Source: Eledone cirrhosa (lineage: Eukaryota). Taken from it: a stretch of DNA of 64,000 nt. The translations under genes were made by a program, and so were the position numbers. Below the pieces are notes generated by a model. It saw nothing but the letters and a program-made list of their open reading frames with translations, did no database searches and was not told the origin of the DNA. Of the stretch, positions 52,020 to 64,000 are shown in pieces. Numbering within the stretch: position 1 is the first letter of the stretch; each line of letters opens with the position of its first letter. The stretch spans positions 13,082,001 to 13,146,000 of the forward strand of contig OZ024751.1 of the NCBI GenBank assembly GCA_964016885.1. The letters are read 5' to 3'.

Positions 52020-52584
52020 TAATAATTGTTTCTATTTTAGGCACAAGGCCAGCAATTACCCAGTGCATTACTGGTACTTTATTTTATCGACCCCTTAAGG
52101 ATGAAAGGCAAAGTGAACCTCGGCGGGATTTGAACTCAGATCGTAAAGGGACGTAACTATGCTGGAAAGCATGGCATCCGACCCTCTACCGATACTGCCA
52201 ATCCACGCTATAATAATTGTTTCTACTTTAGGCACGAGGCCAGCAATTACCCAGTGCATTACTGGTACTTTATTTTATCGACACCTTAAGGATGAAAGGC
52301 AAAGTGAACCTCGGCGGGATTTGAACTCAGATCGTAAAGGGACGTAACTATGCTGGAAAGCATGGCGTCCGACCCTCTACCGATACTGCCAATCCACGCT
52401 ATAATAATTGTTTCTACTTTAGGCACGAGGCCAGCAATTACCCAGTGTATTACTGGTACTTTATTTTATCGACCCCTTAAGGATGAAAGGCAAAGTCAAC
52501 CTCGGCGGGATTTGAACTCAGATCGTAAAGGGACGTAACTATGCTGGAAAGCATGGCGACCGACCCTCTACCGATTCTGCCAAT
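52020..52584 (-). mobile_element. Tandem trimer of the short-tail SINE (period 191 bp)
   Basis: Units start at ~52020, 52211 and 52402. Confidence 0.92.
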
Positions 52585-52829
52585 ATAATATATATATAGT
52601 ACTCTACCCCTAGACTGAGTTGTCTATCCGGCCATCTTTATATCTGTTGTTTTGAAGCGGTTGTTTCTCCCTTAATCTTGTAAGAAAGGCCCAGGCAGCA
52701 CACACACATACACAGTGTGCACGTGTGTAGTATGTATATATGTGTGTACGTGTGCAGTATGCATGTGTCTGTATGCATATCTGTGTAGGTGCGCACTATG
52801 TATGTGAGTGAGTATGTAGTGTGTAAGTG

Positions 52830-53440
52830 TGTAGTATGTATGTAGTATGTATGTGTATGTATGTGTATGTATGTGTATGTAGTATGTATGTGTATGTATG
52901 TGTATGTAGTATGTATGTGTATGTATGTGTATGTAGTATGTATGTGTATGTATGTGTATGTAGTATGTATGTGTATGTATGTGTATGTAGTATGTATGTG
53001 TATGTATGTGTATGTAGTATGTATGTGTATGTATGTGTATGTAGTATGTATGTGTGTGTGTAGTGAGTGTATATGTAATATGTCTGTGTGTAGTGAGTGT
53101 GTATTGTGAGTACGTGTTGTGAATGTGTTGTGAATGTGTTGTGAATGTGTTGTGAATGTGTTGTGAATGTGTTGTGAATGTGTTGTGAATGTGTTGTGAA
53201 TGTGTTGTGAATGTGTTGTGAATGTGTTGTGAATGTGTTGTGAATGTGTTGTGTTGTGTTGTGAATGTGTTGTGAATGTGTTGTGTTGTGAATGTGTTGT
53301 GAATGTGTTGTGAATGTGTTGTGAATGTGTTGTGTTGTGAATGTGTTGTGAATGTGTTGTGTTGTGTTGTGTTGTGTTGTGTTGTGGTGTGGTGTGGTGT
53401 GGTGTGGTGTGGTGTGGTGTGGTGTGGTGTGGTGTGGTGT

Positions 53441-53510
<70 letters not shown>
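52830..53510. repeat. Graded array: TATG-rich unit, (GAATGTGTTGT)n, (GTGTT)n, (GGTGT)n, (GT)n
   Basis: Directly visible. Confidence 0.9.
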
Positions 53511-53512
<2 letters not shown>

Positions 53513-53599
53513 CTCTACAAACTGATAAGTATATTCACAATTTTGACAAGCACCAGTTTCACAGTTCCATTAAACTGATGTAGTAGATACAATATGTAT

Positions 53600-61827
<8,228 letters not shown>

Positions 61828-61932
61828 ATGTGTGTGCGTGTGCAAACATAAGAGCAAGCCTGGCGTTTGAATTGAATGTAGTGCATGTCAGAACGAGCAA
61901 AGTATATACTTTGTCACCTAGCTAGAAATTAG

Positions 61933-61969
<37 letters not shown>

Positions 61970-61973
<4 letters not shown>

Positions 61974-62750
61974 GAGAGAGATAGAGAGAGAGAGGGGGGT
62001 AGAGAGAGACAAAGATAGAGAGAGAGAGGTAGAGAGAGACAAAGATAGAGAGAGAGAGGTAGAGAGAGACAAAGATAGAGAGAGAGAGGTAGAGAGAGAC
62101 AAAGATAGAGAGAGAGAGGTAGAGAGAGACAAAGATAGAGAGAGAGAGAGGTAGAGAGAGAGGTAGAGAAGTAGAGAGGTAGAGAGAGAGAGAGAGAGGT
62201 AGAGAGAGAGAGAGAGGTAGAGAGAGAGAGAGAGATAGCGAGAGAGAGAGAGGTAGCGAGAGAGAGAGGTAGCGAGAGAGAGAGGTAGCGAGAGAGAGAG
62301 GTAGCGAGAGAGAGAGGTAGCGAGAGAGAGAGGTAGCGAGAGAGAGAGGTAGCGAGAGAGAGAGGTAGCGAGAGAGAACGGTAGCGAGAGAGAAAGGTAG
62401 CGAGAGAGAAAGGTAGCGAGAGAAAAAGGTAGCGAGAGAGAGAGAGAAAGATAGAGAGAGAGGTAGCGAGAGAGAAAGATAGAGAGAGAGGTAGCGAGAG
62501 AGAAAGGTAGAGAGAGAGGTAGCGAGAGAGAAAGATAGAGAGAGACGTAGCGAGAGAGAGGTAGCAAGAGAGAGAGAGAGAGAGAGAGAAATCGAGAGAG
62601 AGAGAGAGAAAGCGAGAGAGAGAGAGAAAGCGAGAGAAAGAGAGAATGCGAGAGAAAGAGAGAGAAAGCGGGGAGAAAGAGAGAGAAAGCGAGAGAGAGA
62701 GAGAGAGAGAGAGAAAGCGGGAGAGAGAGAGAAAGCGAGAGAGAGAGAGA
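61970..62750. repeat. (GA)n-based compound satellite
   Basis: Directly visible. Confidence 0.92.
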
Positions 62751-63059
62751 GCTGGAGCTCTGCCACCACTTCTACACAGTCCCAGTATTCTAGACTACAT
62801 ACACATACTCGCTTGGTAAGTCTTTCCTTCCTCTTTTCCAGCCTTCTCTCTCCCCACTTACTGTTTGCTGGTGAAAGAATAACGTCCAACACGTTCAGAC
62901 ATTTTTCCTTTTCCAACAAGCGTGAAACTAATACGACTGTAGTATTTCTTTAGTCTTGAACTGCTTTTTCAAGCGTTAAACTAATATATTCCTTCCATAT
63001 ATTGTACCGTTTGTGTTTGTGTTGTTATTTCTGTTTGCCTTTTACATACACACACATAT

Positions 63060-63090
<31 letters not shown>

Positions 63091-63224
63091 CATATATTAT
63101 TCATTTATCTTTAGTTTATTATAGAAATGACTTCTATAAGACTATCTACATAGGTAGACAAAAACGCGTATATATGTGCACACGCATATGTACAGACACA
63201 CACACACATATGTAAATACACAGA

Positions 63225-63320
<96 letters not shown>

Positions 63321-64000
63321 TGTATATATATGCATATCTGTATTAATACACAGGCATACACAGTATACTCACAATGTGAACATAATGTAAATTTCTCGCT
63401 AACACAGAAGATCGGGACTGACGTCTTGAAATGTGAACAAAATTATGACCCTGAGCTAGGAGAAAGTTGACCTTACATCATCACATATTAATCTTACAGA
63501 TCATATGTTCCTTTTATACCTGATCAGAACGTCCGCTCAGCTCTGATCTTCGACCAACAAGAACTTTATCTCTGTTTTTAACTTGTCAAGCTGAGCAACT
63601 TTTAGTCTCTCAATGGTCTACGCCTGACCTCACATGTGTGTTTCTAGTGTGACCCGAACATAACCTTGTTGATATAGGAATATATATATATTTGTGTGTG
63701 TGTGGGTGTGTGTGTGTGTGTATCGATATACATATATAAATAAATATATACACACACACACATAATATATATATATATATATTATTGTATTTTAGTCTTC
63801 ACATTTATTACTATATATATAGCGAGAGAGAGACAGAGAGTGAGAGAGAGACACAGAGAGAGAGAGACAGAGACAGAGAGAGAGACAGAGAGAGAGAGAC
63901 AGAAATATATATATATATATACTTTCCACTTTCTAGAATGTAGCTTGGTGCAAATTTATTTTTGGTCTCCTTTGTAGCGTTAAGAGTAGAAAGAGTTCAT

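Overview
This is a repeat-saturated animal genomic window with no intact host gene that I can identify. The (TA)n/(CA)n/(GA)n density and the SINE types resemble an octopus/coleoid cephalopod (inference). Almost all ORFs in the track are microsatellite translation artefacts. Real content: (1) a near-full-length R2-A-type non-LTR retrotransposon (3 zinc fingers, Myb, RT, CCHC, REL endonuclease; one frameshift) outside any rDNA array. It is still joined at its 3' end to 50 nt of the canonical 28S R2 target sequence. (2) A decayed, intronless KIF4/chromokinesin-like pseudogene split around that R2 block. (3) R4/Dong, CRE and RTE LINE fragments, two DD37D(maT)-like transposase remnants (one with a 35-bp x ~37 minisatellite born inside it), hAT, Tc1 and piggyBac-like MITEs, Helitrons and many tRNA-derived SINEs. 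(4) Several unrelated short families inside (TA)n tracts that carry type I hammerhead-ribozyme motifs and form fold-back palindromes, resembling Penelope pLTR/retrozyme units. These include a 332-bp palindrome with a complete hammerhead on each strand and a 393-bp unit with octamer motifs upstream of a hammerhead. All family calls come from motifs read by eye; no database search or folding program was run.
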